DNA of 63,849 nt, the filler included, from Olpidium bornovanus S191 (lineage: Eukaryota > Fungi > Olpidiomycota): assembly GCA_017911155.1 (NCBI GenBank). It is 32 parts of 32 records of this genome, joined end to end, with 100 filler letters (N's around TTAATTAATTAA, not from the genome) between each part and the next. Parts side by side here need not be neighbours in the genome. Positions count along the whole stretch, not along the records: positions 1 to 1,647 come from JAEFCI010008788.1; positions 1,748 to 3,509 come from JAEFCI010008624.1; positions 3,610 to 4,894 come from JAEFCI010001727.1; positions 4,995 to 6,398 come from JAEFCI010004501.1; positions 6,499 to 7,877 come from JAEFCI010009550.1; positions 7,978 to 10,984 come from JAEFCI010001447.1; positions 11,085 to 14,754 come from JAEFCI010001979.1; 25 more parts are not named here. One strand, given 5' to 3'. A program made the position numbers and the translations under genes. Position 1 is the stretch's first letter. Each line of letters begins with the position of its first letter. Under the pieces are notes generated by a model. The model saw only the letters and a program-made list of their open reading frames with translations. It searched no databases and was not told the DNA's origin. Below are positions 1-13,442 of the stretch, piece by piece.

Positions 1-89
1 ACGGAATTTTGAGGAAACTTGACGACGGGCAAAAAGAGTTAAAACCGCACCCGATCATGTGCGTGTACATCTGAGCGAAAGCTGCGGCG

Positions 90-122
<33 letters not shown>

Positions 123-137
123 AAAAAAACGGGGGGG

Positions 138-175
<38 letters not shown>

Positions 176-177
176 AG

Positions 178-327
178 AGCGACGAGACGGACGTGGGAAA
201 CTTCGACCAGGAATTCACGCAGCTGCCGGCCGTGCTCACGCCGCACTCGTCAGGCAAGGACTTGTCCCGGGCCGACGACGTCGTGTTGGAGAATTTCACC
301 TACGTGGCCAAGTCGCAAATGCACTAA
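178..327 (+). CDS. AGC-family Ser/Thr kinase, terminal exon (C-terminal tail)
   Basis: After acag| the frame reads SDETDVGNFDQEFTQLPAVLTPHSSGKDLSRADDVVLENFTYVAKSQMH*. It contains the NFD-x-EFT motif, an LTP turn motif and an FTY hydrophobic motif typical of PKC/Akt/Ypk/S6K tails. Confidence 0.8.
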   Translation, partial: SDETDVGNFDQEFTQLPAVLTPHSSGKDLSRADDVVLENFTYVAKSQMH

Positions 328-1318
328 AGGCGGGGGGGGAGCAAGGGGGGGGGGAAAGGGGGAAATAAAACCAAAGAGAAAAACGAAGCGAACGCCCAGC
401 CCCCGTACTTCCTCGTCCGGGAGAACTTAGACGGGAGGGAGAAAAGAGAAAAAGGGGGAGGGAAAGAGAGAGAGAGAGAGAGAAAACAAGAAGGATGGAG
501 AGGGAGAAAGACGCATTCTCAGACCCCCCTGAGTTCCGCAAGGAGGGAGTGGAAGGGGGAGGGGTGGCGGGAAACCGCCGGAAAAACGTTTCCGCAGTCG
601 CGAACGCCCGAGGCCACGGGGTGAAAGGGCTGCCGCGGGCAAAGGGCTGCCGCACGGCATGCGGAACGCACAAACGAGAAGACGCTTTCCGCTCTCTCTC
701 TCTTTTCTTTTTTTTTTTTTTTTACCTTTCGTGTGCTCCCTGGTTTGTTGCGCCGCATTGTTGTTGTTTTCCCGAGTCGAGGGGAGATAAAAATGCGGGG
801 TCGGGGGTGCGTGACGTCACCCGGCAGTAAGTCCGAGCGCGAAAGAGGCTTTTCCTCTCTGTTTGGGCGGGGGAGTCGGGGGGGGGGGGAAAGAAGATAA
901 TAAAAATAAGAAAAAATAAAAAAGTGCGGGCCGAAGGGGACTGAGCGGGAGGGACGGAGAACTCGCGCCCGCCGGAGAGAGAGAACGGAGAGGGCGAGAG
1001 AGAGAGAGAGAGAGAAGCCGCGCACACACGAAGCAACACGCCCCGCCGCCGCCTTCGGCCCCACGCAGCAGCAGCAGCGGCAGCAGCGGGACGGAGAGGA
1101 GGGAGCGGAGCGGAGGAAAGGCAGGCTTTGAAAGACGGAGGAGAGAGAGAGACGCCGAGGAAGAACGAGGGAGAACGCGCGTGCCCGAACGAAAGAAAGA
1201 GAGAGGGGGGAGGGGGGGGGGGGAACCGAGAGAGAACAGAGCCGAAGACGGAAAGACAGGCAGACTGGCAGGCAGGGCCGTCCGGAGCGGACGAGGAGTA
1301 GGAGGAGAAGATCCAGTC

Positions 1319-1391
1319 ATGGTGCTCACGGCCTCCGACGTCCTCAAGCTCGTCGTTGCGTTCTTCATACCGCCGCTCGGCGTCTTCCTCG
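1319..1391 (+). CDS. PMP3: Pmp3/UPF0057 plasma-membrane proteolipid, first exon
   Basis: MVLTASDVLKLVVAFFIPPLGVFL followed by a GTGCGC donor. PPLGVFL is the Pmp3 signature. The rest is lost in a poly-C run and the gap. Confidence 0.8.
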
Positions 1392-1530
1392 GTGCGCGCG
1401 GTCGCGAGTGTGGCGCTTTTACTCTCCCCCCCCCCCCCCCCTGCTTTGCCCTTCCCCGCGTTTTTTTTCCGTTTTTTTTTTTTCACACCCGGCGAAAAGG
1501 AAAAAACACCGCCCACCAACCCCTTCTCCT

Positions 1531-1647
<117 letters not shown>

Positions 1648-1747
1648 NNNNNNNNNNNNNNNNNNNNNNNNNNNNNNNNNNNNNNNNNNNNTTAATTAAT
1701 TAANNNNNNNNNNNNNNNNNNNNNNNNNNNNNNNNNNNNNNNNNNNN
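1648..1747. other. Artificial contig-joining spacer (44 N + TTAATTAATTAA + 44 N); first of 31 identical spacers
   Basis: The same 100-nt unit starts at 1648, 3510, 4895, 6399, 7878, 10985, 14755, 16769, 18268, 19489, 21412, 24337, 25468, 26706, 28029, 31244, 33714, 35110, 36349, 37882, 40453, 41738, 43551, 46810, 48392, 49568, 51952, 53275, 54988, 56186 and 57452. TTAATTAATTAA gives stop codons in all six frames. Confidence 0.98.
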
Positions 1748-1749
1748 CC

Positions 1750-2375
1750 CTTGGTCGACCCACTTTTGATGCGCAACATGGATGTCTCCGCGATCATGAT
1801 CTCTATCGCCGGGGCGGTTTCGCCCTCTATGCCGAAATCGGCTGGATCGTATAGCGTTCCTTCGTCGATGGTTATGTCAAAACGTTTTATGACTTGATCA
1901 CTTCCCGGGTCCCAAAGTCTGTAGGCCTTGTTCGTTCCCGAGTGCCCGACCATGATAAGCTTTTCTACTGTGGGGTTACCTTGCCCATGATCGGGTCATG
2001 ATCCTCTTTTGGGAGATGGGAGTACGCCACACATTCAATGATCCGAAGGTTGTCGATATTCAGGCGGTTTTCACCATGGAACTCCAAATGCGGGATTCCT
2101 CTGTCCAGGGCTTTGTACGGCGATCGGTTATATAGGTAGTCCATTGCACCCCAGATCTCGTCCCAGAGTTTTGTCGGTAGGTGAGCAGCAATCATCGTTG
2201 TTCTCGTCTGCTCACAGAGGGTCCGATTTATGCGTTCCGTGAATCCATTTTGTTGAGGAGTTTCGCGTACCGTCGTTTCGATGCGTATTCCCTTTGCTCT
2301 CAACATGGATTGGTACGCTTTGCTTACAAACTCCCCGCCTCTGTCCGAGCGGTGTGTGCCGATGGTGAAAATTGA
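1750..2375 (-). mobile_element. Ty1/copia retrotransposon integrase (rve core and downstream region), degenerate
   Basis: HRSDRGGEFVS...TVRETPQQNGFTERINRTLCEQ...LWDE...YLYNRSP, then after a stop/frameshift MVGHSGTNKAYRLWDP. These are standard copia integrase motifs. Confidence 0.92.
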
Positions 2376-2539
2376 GAAGAAGAAGTCGCCGTTGCCTGCA
2401 GCCCAACGCTGGCGGCGTTTTTCCGCCGGGCGGCGTTTTGCGCCGGGAAGAAAAAAAAAAAAAAAAAAAAGGGGGGACGACGCCACCCGACGCTTCCCCA
2501 GAACCGCCCTTTTTTTTGCCGGGCCAGGCGGGCGGAACC

Positions 2540-2880
2540 CCTTCCGAGACTCCTCCGAGACTCCTCCGAGACCTCCGAGACCTCCGAGACCCCTTCCGAA
2601 GAAGGCGTCGCGTGACCATGGAGGCGGCCAAGGCGGCCGCGGCGGGGGCCGCGTGAACCGCGCCGGCGGCCAAGGTGGCCGCGCCGGCGGACAAGGGGCC
2701 GCGACGGCGGCCGCGTGACCATGGAGGCGGCCAAGGTGGCCTGGCCGGCAGCCAAGGGGCCGCGACGGTGACCGCGTGAACCATGGTTGACGGTGAACTC
2801 GTGAACGCCACGCGTCAACCATGGCCAAAGCGCCATGGTCAACCGTGGCACAAACGGGCAACCGCAACCATGGTGCAGCG
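2540..2880. repeat. Degenerate GC-rich tandem repeats
   Basis: Several CTCCGAGA(C) units at 2545-2590. Recurring CGCGTGACCATGGAGGCGGCCAAGG, CAAGGGGCCGCGACGG and CCATGG modules follow. Confidence 0.75.
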
Positions 2881-3609
2881 GTTGGGCAACAGTGGTAGGC
2901 GTGGGCATAAATAGCAAGCCCCACTCGTTGCAGGGTTGTTTCTTTCTTAACACAACTTCCCAAAGGAAAACCCAACACAAAGAATAGCAAAAGCGCCAAG
3001 TCGCGAATACTTTTTCCTGTTCTTGTACTTTCCTACTAAAAGCGAAAAGAAAGACAAAGACTCCTGGTGGGGGACGCGCTGCGTAGCAAAGGTTAGACGT
3101 AGAGGTAGTGCTGCCTATTGTCGAGGCACCCATTGTCTTGACACAGCACCTTAAACCCTTTTCCTCAAAGAGCCCGTTGAAGTGCTCTTTGACGGATTGG
3201 CCAGTGATAACTGACGCGCTTCCCGTAGCGCAGATATCGCCCGTACTGACCTTATACCAATGCGCTTTCGATAGCGCTTGTAACGACTTCGCTTCGACGT
3301 GCCCAACGAACAGCCCGCCCCGGTGGGCTGGACAGGGCACATCGAAGCGCCCGCCTCGGTGGGCTGGACGGCTTCCCCGGGGGGTATGGAAACCCCTCCG
3401 GGGAGCGCGCCCACAGGCGAATTCGCGCTTCGCCCTCACCCGAACAAACACCACAACAAACAAATGCTTTCCACCGCCTTGGGCCGCCTGCCGCGCCGTC
3501 CGCGCCGCCNNNNNNNNNNNNNNNNNNNNNNNNNNNNNNNNNNNNNNNNNNNNTTAATTAATTAANNNNNNNNNNNNNNNNNNNNNNNNNNNNNNNNNNN
3601 NNNNNNNNN

Positions 3610-4269
3610 CATGATTGAAAACTTCGACAAGCGTGCAGATATAATGGAATCGGCACAGAGTTGGACGTCTTTTATTTTCCATCCCTTCATACTTGCATAA
3701 GCTCGGCCCCAGCTCGAGAGCGCAGTAAGCACACGGAAACTCTGCCGCAAATTTTATACTTCGATGAGCTTCGTTCCCTCAGAGACATTACCAAGGTCCA
3801 CTTAGGTTTTGCGTGCGGTCACTCCAATGACTTAAGCCACTACAGTAGGTCCTTTTTGCGCTGTTTCGAGGTAGAACAGTTGGTCGTGATTGTCCCTGGT
3901 CGCAGTAGCTACTGCCTTGCCATTTTTCAGTATGAACCCCGTCCATTTGCTTTGGACAACACATCAGCCCGTTGTACGTGACCGCGGGGATCGATAACAA
4001 AAAGCATTCGGAACGTTGGCGTGTGTAGCGCTCCCTTGAGTGATCGCGTCACGCCAGAGGCGGCCGGAAGCACGCTGAATGATTGCGAGATGCTCGCTTA
4101 CGTCCAGGACGCTGAGGAGCAGGAGGAGGAGGCGCCTGAGGAGGCGGAGATAGTGACACTCACAAAGGCAGACAAGCTTCAGGGAATTGGTATTTTTGCT
4201 TCTTTGCTCGATGTTTCCAAACCCGAGTACCACAATGCCCTTAAAAGTAGTTTGCAAAATGCAGCTTGA
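3610..4269 (+). mobile_element. Possible pogo/Tigger (DDE_1)-like transposase remnant
   Basis: Frame-disrupted. Includes FALDNTSAR and an acidic C-terminal stretch (TLNDCEMLAYVQDAEEQEEEAPEEAEIVTLTKADKLQGI) resembling pogo/Tigger tails. No full DDD triad seen. Confidence 0.3.
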
Positions 4270-4774
4270 TCTCCGCCATGGTAGCACTGTCCAACGCACC
4301 CTTGATTCGTGGATTTCTTCATAGTTTGGCTCATTTTCCCCTCTTTTGCACGCGCTTCTCCTGTTTCCTCACCACTTTGTTGTAGAACGTGTCCTTCTAT
4401 ACTTTATATTCTCCTTCAAAACTTATAACGTATCAGGTATAAGATTTACGCATAGGAACAATGGCGGTGTTTGACCAAATCCATAAAGTAACAAAGGTTA
4501 TTAAGTACTGGGGGATAAGATTTCAGAGGGACTTGTGTATTCCTATGCCGGGGCTGGTTGCGGAACAGGGAAATGATTTCGGCGGAACAAAAACAAATAA
4601 AAAAGAAAAGAAAAAGAATAAGAGAAGGAAAACGTTGCGGGTAAGAAGCGCGCCACCACCGCCGCCGCCCACCACCACCACCGGCGAGAAAGGGAAACGA
4701 CGCACACGAAAAGGGGTGGCGGGAGGGGTGCGACCTTTTCCTCCCTCCCCGCGGCTCACTTCCATCCGGCGGCG

Positions 4775-4832
<58 letters not shown>

Positions 4833-5126
4833 GACAGGGAGCCGGGCGCGGGAAGGCACCCAATCGGGCGAGGCCCTCCGGCTCACGCTTCTGCNNNNNN
4901 NNNNNNNNNNNNNNNNNNNNNNNNNNNNNNNNNNNNNNTTAATTAATTAANNNNNNNNNNNNNNNNNNNNNNNNNNNNNNNNNNNNNNNNNNNNCGCCGG
5001 CCCCCCCCCCCCTCCCCCCCCCCTCCCCCACCCCCTCCCTCCCCTGGTTTGTGAGTTTCGCCAACCTCTACCGTCTTTGCGCGCTCAACCCATTTCGCTC
5101 TCGCGCTTCTTGTGCGCCCCGCCTAG

Positions 5127-5294
5127 ACGATCGCCCTTGCGCGCCGAGCTTTCCTCTCGTCGGTGCGGGCCTACGCGACCCACGCCGCATCGGAGAAGAA
5201 CATCTTCCACGTCCGCAACCTGCACCTTGGTCACCTTGCGAAGAGCTTCGCGCTTCGAGAGGCGCCGGGCGACGTCTCGGCTGGAGCGGGAGGA

Positions 5295-5333
<39 letters not shown>

Positions 5334-5483
5334 TCGAAGAAGGCGGAGAGGACTCTCGCGGGAAAGAAGAAGGAGCGGGTGGATGGCGGGAAAAAGACCA
5401 AGGCGCGAGTTGCGCCGAAGTGGAAAAACGACATCTCTGAGTTTGCGGTCGGGGACGCCATCCGGGCGTATGCAAAAAGATAG
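5127..5483 (+). CDS. DBP7: DEAD-box RNA helicase DBP7/DDX31, terminal exon
   Basis: After tag|: [47 protein letters not shown]...[14 protein letters not shown] and LHLGHxAKSFxLRExP are typical of the DBP7 C-terminus. Confidence 0.85.
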
Positions 5484-6695
5484 TCCGGCGAATTAGTCCG
5501 GCGAATAATTTTTTTTTTGTTTTATGTTTCGATTTAAGCGGGCCCCGTCACCCGCCCCCTCCGTTTTGGAATGGTCTTCCCTGCCGTGTTCGTGTCGCGG
5601 TCGGTGTCCGGTTGCCGTCCCGGTTTGCCCGTAACGGACGATCTGAACACCATTCCACCCCCCCCTCCCCCCCCGCGCGCCCGGCCCACGCGACGTTTCC
5701 GCGTTTCGCGAGGATTTCCGCCGGCGTCTTTTTTTTTCTCTTTCTCTCTGTCACCTTCTCTCGCCCGCTGCACTTCTTCCTCCTGAGGCATATGGATGTG
5801 TACTTTTAGTGTAATTATTACCCTCAGGTGATGTTGCGAGAGTAGGGGATCCGCTCGGTCACGAGGCCTCGCGTGACGAGCGCGCGGGGTTGAAAATCAA
5901 GGTGGGGGGTGGGCCGAGGTGTTGGGCCGGCGAGGTGTTGTTTGAAGACTCTTCTGCTACCTTGTCGGAAAAATTCACCCACAACACGTACGAAGGTTCC
6001 TGAGGCATGTGATAATGAATTGGAAGACGGAAGAAGAAGAAGAAGGGTTTCTTGCTGAAAAAGCCGGTCTACAGTTTAGTCTCTGAAATCTTACCTTCAC
6101 CGAATACATGAGAGAGGCTTCACACAGGTCAGCCACGGCAGACTCTACAAGTTACTGACTGCCTGTGTGCACGTAGATTATCTCATCGGTAGAAGACATT
6201 GATGAAGGGCGACAGGCACTGTGAAACAGGTTTCAAACGTCCGATGTCGGATCCGTTCACGTCAACCCCAACAGACAGGAAAGCAAGCCTTGGGGCAATG
6301 GCAAAATAATCGTGAACCGATGCGCACTCCTGGCACTTATTACACGCAGGCTTGAGTCGATTGCGCCAACCGTCCTGCCGGGCCTCGCCGGTCCATGCNN
6401 NNNNNNNNNNNNNNNNNNNNNNNNNNNNNNNNNNNNNNNNNNTTAATTAATTAANNNNNNNNNNNNNNNNNNNNNNNNNNNNNNNNNNNNNNNNNNNNCG
6501 GTCGAGCGGCGGCCTCGCGAGGGACCGTCGCCATCCAGGTGTCCCCACGATGTCTCTTACCCAGCCCCTCCGCACCCTCTCCGCGCGCCCTCTTCTCGTA
6601 GACTTGCGCGTCCGCATGGGGAAAAAGAAAAAGAGGCCGGGGTGGACGAAGGGGGGGGGGGGGAAAAATTTTTTTTTTAGAGGTAAGGGTGGCCA

Positions 6696-6736
<41 letters not shown>

Positions 6737-8080
6737 ACGGCTTTTCTCTCTCTCTCCCGAGCGCGCCAGTAGACGAAAGGGTGGGTGGGGGTGGGGGAGG
6801 GGGGGGGAGGAGGAGGAGGACGTCGAGTCAAGAGGAGCGAGGGGTCGAGAAAAAGCGCGGGAAGCGCACAGCGGGTAAGTAGCATTTGCCGTTGTCGCCG
6901 GAAAGAAAAAAAAAAAAAACAAAAACAAAACGTTTTTCCCGGGGGTTTGCAAAACGCGATCCGAAAGAGAGAAGAAGAAAAAAAAGGGGGTAATTGGATC
7001 GGGCATAGGTAGACAGGTGCGTACCCGGCGCGGGCGGCAAAAAAGCGAGTTTCGAGAATTACGGAACAAAAAAAAAAAAAAAAAGCCTGGAACGGCAGCT
7101 GGGAATGGTGTGGGGGGGGGGGGCAAAATGTGCTATTGGTACCTGCAGTCCGCGATCAAAGTAAAAACAAGAAAAAATCGAGGGATTTCAACAGAGAGAA
7201 GGGGGAGAGAGAGAAAGAGTGATAGAGAGAAAGAAAGAGAGAGAGAGAGAGAGAAAGAAAGAGAGATAGAAAGAAAAACACCGAGAGAGAAAGAGAACGA
7301 GGGAGAAAGGAGGGTATCTGGAGCAATCCGCGTTGGGACCGGAGAGGAAACAGGAAAAAAATTAGTAAAGGAGGGTTTTCCCCCTCCCCCCCCTAACAGT
7401 AGATTCGAAAGATCAGACTTAGCAAAAAAGGCGGTGGAGTAGGGGGGGGGAAAAAAGATCAAACTTAGCAGGAAGGGAAAAAAGGTGGGAAAAAGGGGAG
7501 ACGGGGGGGGGGGGGGGGAAGGGGGGGGGAGAGGGGGGGGGGGGGGGGGGGGGGAGGGAAGTGGAAGCGAAGAGCGAAGACGGCGTCGAAAAAAAAAGAA
7601 AAAAAAACTTGCCCGCGTGTTGGGCGGGACGGGGCCAAAAACGAAAGAGAAAAAAAAAGTATCGGGGTAATCTGAGAAGTGCGCCCGCAGCCCGTCACCG
7701 CAGCAAGCCAGGGCGGGGGAAACCCGAGCTCTTCTGCCCACGCTTGGCTTCGGGGAACACCTGCCTGTTTCCATCGGTCGTTCCGTTTCGTCGGGGAGTG
7801 ACAGTTTCGCGGGGAGTGGAAGAGACCGGAGGAGAGGGAAGGGGAGATCACGGTCAGACCCGCCCACCCAGCACCCCNNNNNNNNNNNNNNNNNNNNNNN
7901 NNNNNNNNNNNNNNNNNNNNNTTAATTAATTAANNNNNNNNNNNNNNNNNNNNNNNNNNNNNNNNNNNNNNNNNNNNACAGATACTTTTACGTTGGCGTC
8001 TGCTTCGAGTTGCAAAGGCAGAGGGGGGACGGAGCGGCAAGCGAGGAACGGAGTGTTCCTCACAGGCCAACTGGAGCCCG

Positions 8081-9868
<1,788 letters not shown>

Positions 9869-10426
9869 GTCTTGGTCGGCTCTGAAGCCGAGAGACCTTC
9901 AAGCGTTGCTGACGAGCTTGCTTCTACTCCGAAACTCCGCTTTTTTGAGTTGACCCGCTTTGACACCCTCCCTCTTTCTGAATGGCGCCCCGGCGGATCA
10001 CAACGGAAGTTTTCCCTGGTGATGCGCACACGCGCGCCGACGACCGCAGGGCACCGTCACCGCCCAGAAGAGATTCAATCCCGGGTACTCAGGTGCCAGA
10101 GGCACAACCTTGCTGGAGAAGTCAAAGATCCCCACGGGATATCGCTATATCACGTCACCCATCACCCTCCTGATATCGCCATACTGGCATTGTTCTGAGA
10201 TCTTTGGCGATTCGTCAATGCGACCCGCATCCGGGGTGTACGCCATAAAGAGGGGATCTGCAGCCCTTTAGCCATTCTCCCCATTTCTCGCAGTGAAGAC
10301 CACAGAAGCACCGACGGCACGGGGTTCCTGATGTCCCATGGAACAATTAAGTTCGCAAATGTCGCGTATCTTACAAAAATGGCATAAACTTTTCGCCAAC
10401 CACGGTTTTCTATTTTTTTTTTTTTT

Positions 10427-10984
10427 TTACTGGCGCGTATCATGCTGCGTGTCCTCCTCCGGCTTGAGAGCCTGAGTCTTCTCCTTCCCCATTGTCCCGG
10501 CGAATTGTCTAGACTTTTTATGAATAGCACTCAGTTGTCTGGCGAGGGCGCGCACGCTGGCAGGGCTGTTGGATGACGGGTTGGCATAAACAGTCCCCCC
10601 TCCAAACGAGCCAGCAAAAATGCGGATCGGGTTGAGCACGAGACGTGGGCCGATCTCCACCAGAGTCACATCGTCGTCATCTTCGGCTCTGTTCTCCTCC
10701 TTGTCGGGTGCCTGGCAAGAGGCCGTGGTGGAGGGCGGCGGGTTCTTCGCAATCTGGAAGTTGCGAATCCACACCCTTCCGTCTGCAACCGTGAAGGATA
10801 TGACGTGGTCGACAAAGGGATTCACCCGCCGGGAGGTCCGCGGGACGGCGAACAGCTTGCGGCGCGTAGTCGGCAGTCAGCGTACTGGGAAGGCGCGGTT
10901 CTAACATTCGCCTTTGCCCGCCCTCGCAATGGTTTGCACGGCATAAACGTGCTACCCGACTACCAGCATACCTGCGTAAACATG
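10427..10984 (-). CDS. BRX1: Brix-domain ribosome biogenesis protein BRX1, 3' part
   Basis: MFTQ|intron|LFAVPRTSRRVNPFVDHVISFTVADGRVWIRNFQI...LVEIGPRLVLNPIRIFAGSFGGGTVYANP. EIGPR and FxGSFGG are the Brix signature. Confidence 0.88.
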
Positions 10985-11102
10985 NNNNNNNNNNNNNNNN
11001 NNNNNNNNNNNNNNNNNNNNNNNNNNNNTTAATTAATTAANNNNNNNNNNNNNNNNNNNNNNNNNNNNNNNNNNNNNNNNNNNNCCATGGTTATAAACCC
11101 AT

Positions 11103-11300
11103 TCAGTCCCTTTGTAACTCTGATGCCGAGAACAAAGGACAAGTTACTTCCATCGACATCTTGGACTTGCTAGTAACGTTTTTATCGAGCTGTGCAATTC
11201 GTTCTTCTTCTGGCCCGGCGATGACAATGTTGTCGACGTATATGGCGACGACCATCCTTGCCGCTGATACATTCGTTCCACTTGCATCGCCACGGTTTAT
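11103..11300 (-). mobile_element. Ty1/copia reverse transcriptase fragment
   Basis: MVVAIYVDNIVIAGPEEERIAQL, the copia YVDD motif mutated to YVDN. Confidence 0.75.
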
Positions 11301-11640
11301 TGTGCTCTCTTGTCCCGGGAAGACGTGTACGCGGTTCGGGGTGCAGTTGAATGAGCTTGTCGGCGTGTCAGTTCCACCTGCAACCTGTGGTTCCATACCC
11401 TCTTGCTTTGCTACAGCCGGTAAAGCGCTCGACGGAGTTTCCACACCCAGGTGCTTAAACCCTTTGGGTTGTTCGAGTACAGCTCCTCCTGGTGTTCTCC
11501 ATTTTTGTTAGCAAGGTGGACGTCTCGCTTCTGACGTTCCAAGATCTTCTTGCTGCCGTGGCAATGATAGTGCGCAGCGCTGTTGCTGACACCATTGGCG
11601 AAAATGTCTCCCGTTGTCTACTGCTGTGGGACGCCACGGT

Positions 11641-13020
11641 GGGGGAAGGTGACCCGACGTCGTTTGCCGAAGGGCGCCCGGGAGAGAAGTGGACAGCTGC
11701 CATCCGCGCTGAGTTGGCAGCGCACTCCAGCACGGGACATAGGATGAAATACCAATTAAGGTGCCGGCAGGACGGAAGGCAATTGGATGCAAGTGGATCT
11801 CAAGGCCCAGAGGAACGCCGACAGCAGCCTCATAAAATAAAAAAAGGCGAGGCCAGTAGTGCGGGGATTTACTCAAGTCCCCAGGGTAAACTTTGGAAAA
11901 ATGTTTGACCCAGTGAGGAGAATGGCGGCCCTGCGGATCTGCCTGCCACTTGCAGAGGATCGTGATCTGAAGATGGCTGCCATCAATGTCAAGACGGCCA
12001 ACCTGAACGGATCACTCGACGAGGAGCTGTACATGGAGATCCCGCTAGGTGCTGACATCAAAGCATCGTCCGGCTGTGCTCTCCGACTGCAGCGCCTGCT
12101 ATATAGGCTGAAACAGGCCGGGAGGGCCTGAGGAATCAAGCTACACACGGTTCGAGAAACGCACAATTTCAACCACAGCCACAACGACTGTGAAATCTAC
12201 ACGTGGATCAAACGGGGATCAGGCAGGACCACGACATGGTTACTGACCTGGGTTGACAACTTATTGATCTATGGACGGCAGCCCGAGACGATCAGGACAA
12301 TAATCTCGGGCCTCCGCAAGGAATTCGAGCTCATTGACGCAGGTAGTCCCAGTCGCTCGTTTGACATTGTATCACTCGGGATTGCGCCATCAGAACCATC
12401 TTCCTTGACCAACAAACCCACATCAAAACGTTGGCGGCCTACTACGAGGGTAGCGTAGAGCTGGCCAAAACCTCATAGAGCCTGGAATAAAAGTAGGGAC
12501 CCCGGAATGCGTCGTCGCAGCAAACCCTACGGAATACCGAGTCTTCGCGGGAGCTTTACATTTTATGGCGACAAACACGCGCTTGGACGTCAGATTGCAG
12601 TCAAATTACTAGAGTGCCGACAATCGGCGCCGAGGCACCACAGGGTTCTTTTGGTACCTGTACTACTTGAAGACCACGCAACTTCGGCACTAAATGGAAC
12701 TGGACACCTCGCCCCGCAGATACAGTGACACATACTACGCCAGATGTGCTGAAACCCAGAAATCAAGCAGCGGGTATGTCTTCCTCATGTCCGGAGAAGC
12801 AGTGAATTGGAAAAGCAGACAAAAGAATATCATCCCCTACTTCTAGCCTGGAGGCAGAGTACATCACGCTGTCAGAAGCTTCAAAGTAGAGCATTTGGCT
12901 GAAGAGATTGCTGTGGGCTTTGGAGGAAAGCGTGCAACTGATTCACATCATCGAAGACAACCACGGCGCCCTGCTGATCGCGAGCAAACCCCGTGAATCA
13001 TAAATCGGACCAAGCACAAG
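11641..13020 (+). mobile_element. Ty1/copia RT plus RNase H, degenerate
   Basis: EKWTAAIRAEL...; AAINVKTANLNGSLDEELYMEIP...LRLQRLLYRLKQAGRA*; LLTWVDNLLIYG; RNase H-region EAEYITLSEASK*SIWLKRLL...IIEDNHGALLIASKP. Multiple stops and frameshifts. Confidence 0.93.
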
Positions 13021-13442
13021 CAGATGATGGAATTCGGCTCCTTTGCCGGTGCTTTCCGCCGAAACGTAATCGGGGGCGGAGATCGTCACAGGAGACCACC
13101 GAGGGGGCAGGGCGCTCCTTTCTGCCAACGATTCAAGGCTGCTCAGGCCAAGCACGTCGACTTTCCGACTCACACGAAAACAGCTCCGTGCCATCCTTGC
13201 GTTTGCTGAGGAATCACGCCGCTTGGGTTTGATGCCCCTGGGTTGCTTACCGTGCGGAGCGGGGGAAGGAGGGAGGAGAGGGGGGGGGGAAGGGGAGCGG
13301 GGCGCCGGCTGGCGGGGGAATGCGCCGCTTCCTTTTGGCGTTTTTTTCTTCCCACGCCGCCAACCGCCGACCACGGTACCAACACTGGAATCACGGTCCG
13401 CGCCACTGCCCGGCGCGCGCACGCCACGCCTTTTTTTCCCTC

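Noticed and set aside
2540-2880. CRISPR-like array (also 32400-32780 and 35210-35740)
   Set aside because: The repeats are degenerate and irregular with no constant repeat plus unique spacer structure. There are no cas genes and the context is eukaryotic.
5760-6398. Possible minus-strand exons (ESAVADLCEASLMYSVK; RLPIHYHMPQEP; VHIHMPQEEEVQRA)
   Set aside because: Splice-like signals exist, but I could not build a consistent frame or recognise a family.
12120-12135. Classical RIP (CpA to TpA) as the cause of stop codons in the copia relics
   Set aside because: The TGG-to-TGA changes I checked (here and about 44408) are in CpC context on the opposite strand, and the catalytic-site changes are in CpG context. 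Neither is the RIP signature.
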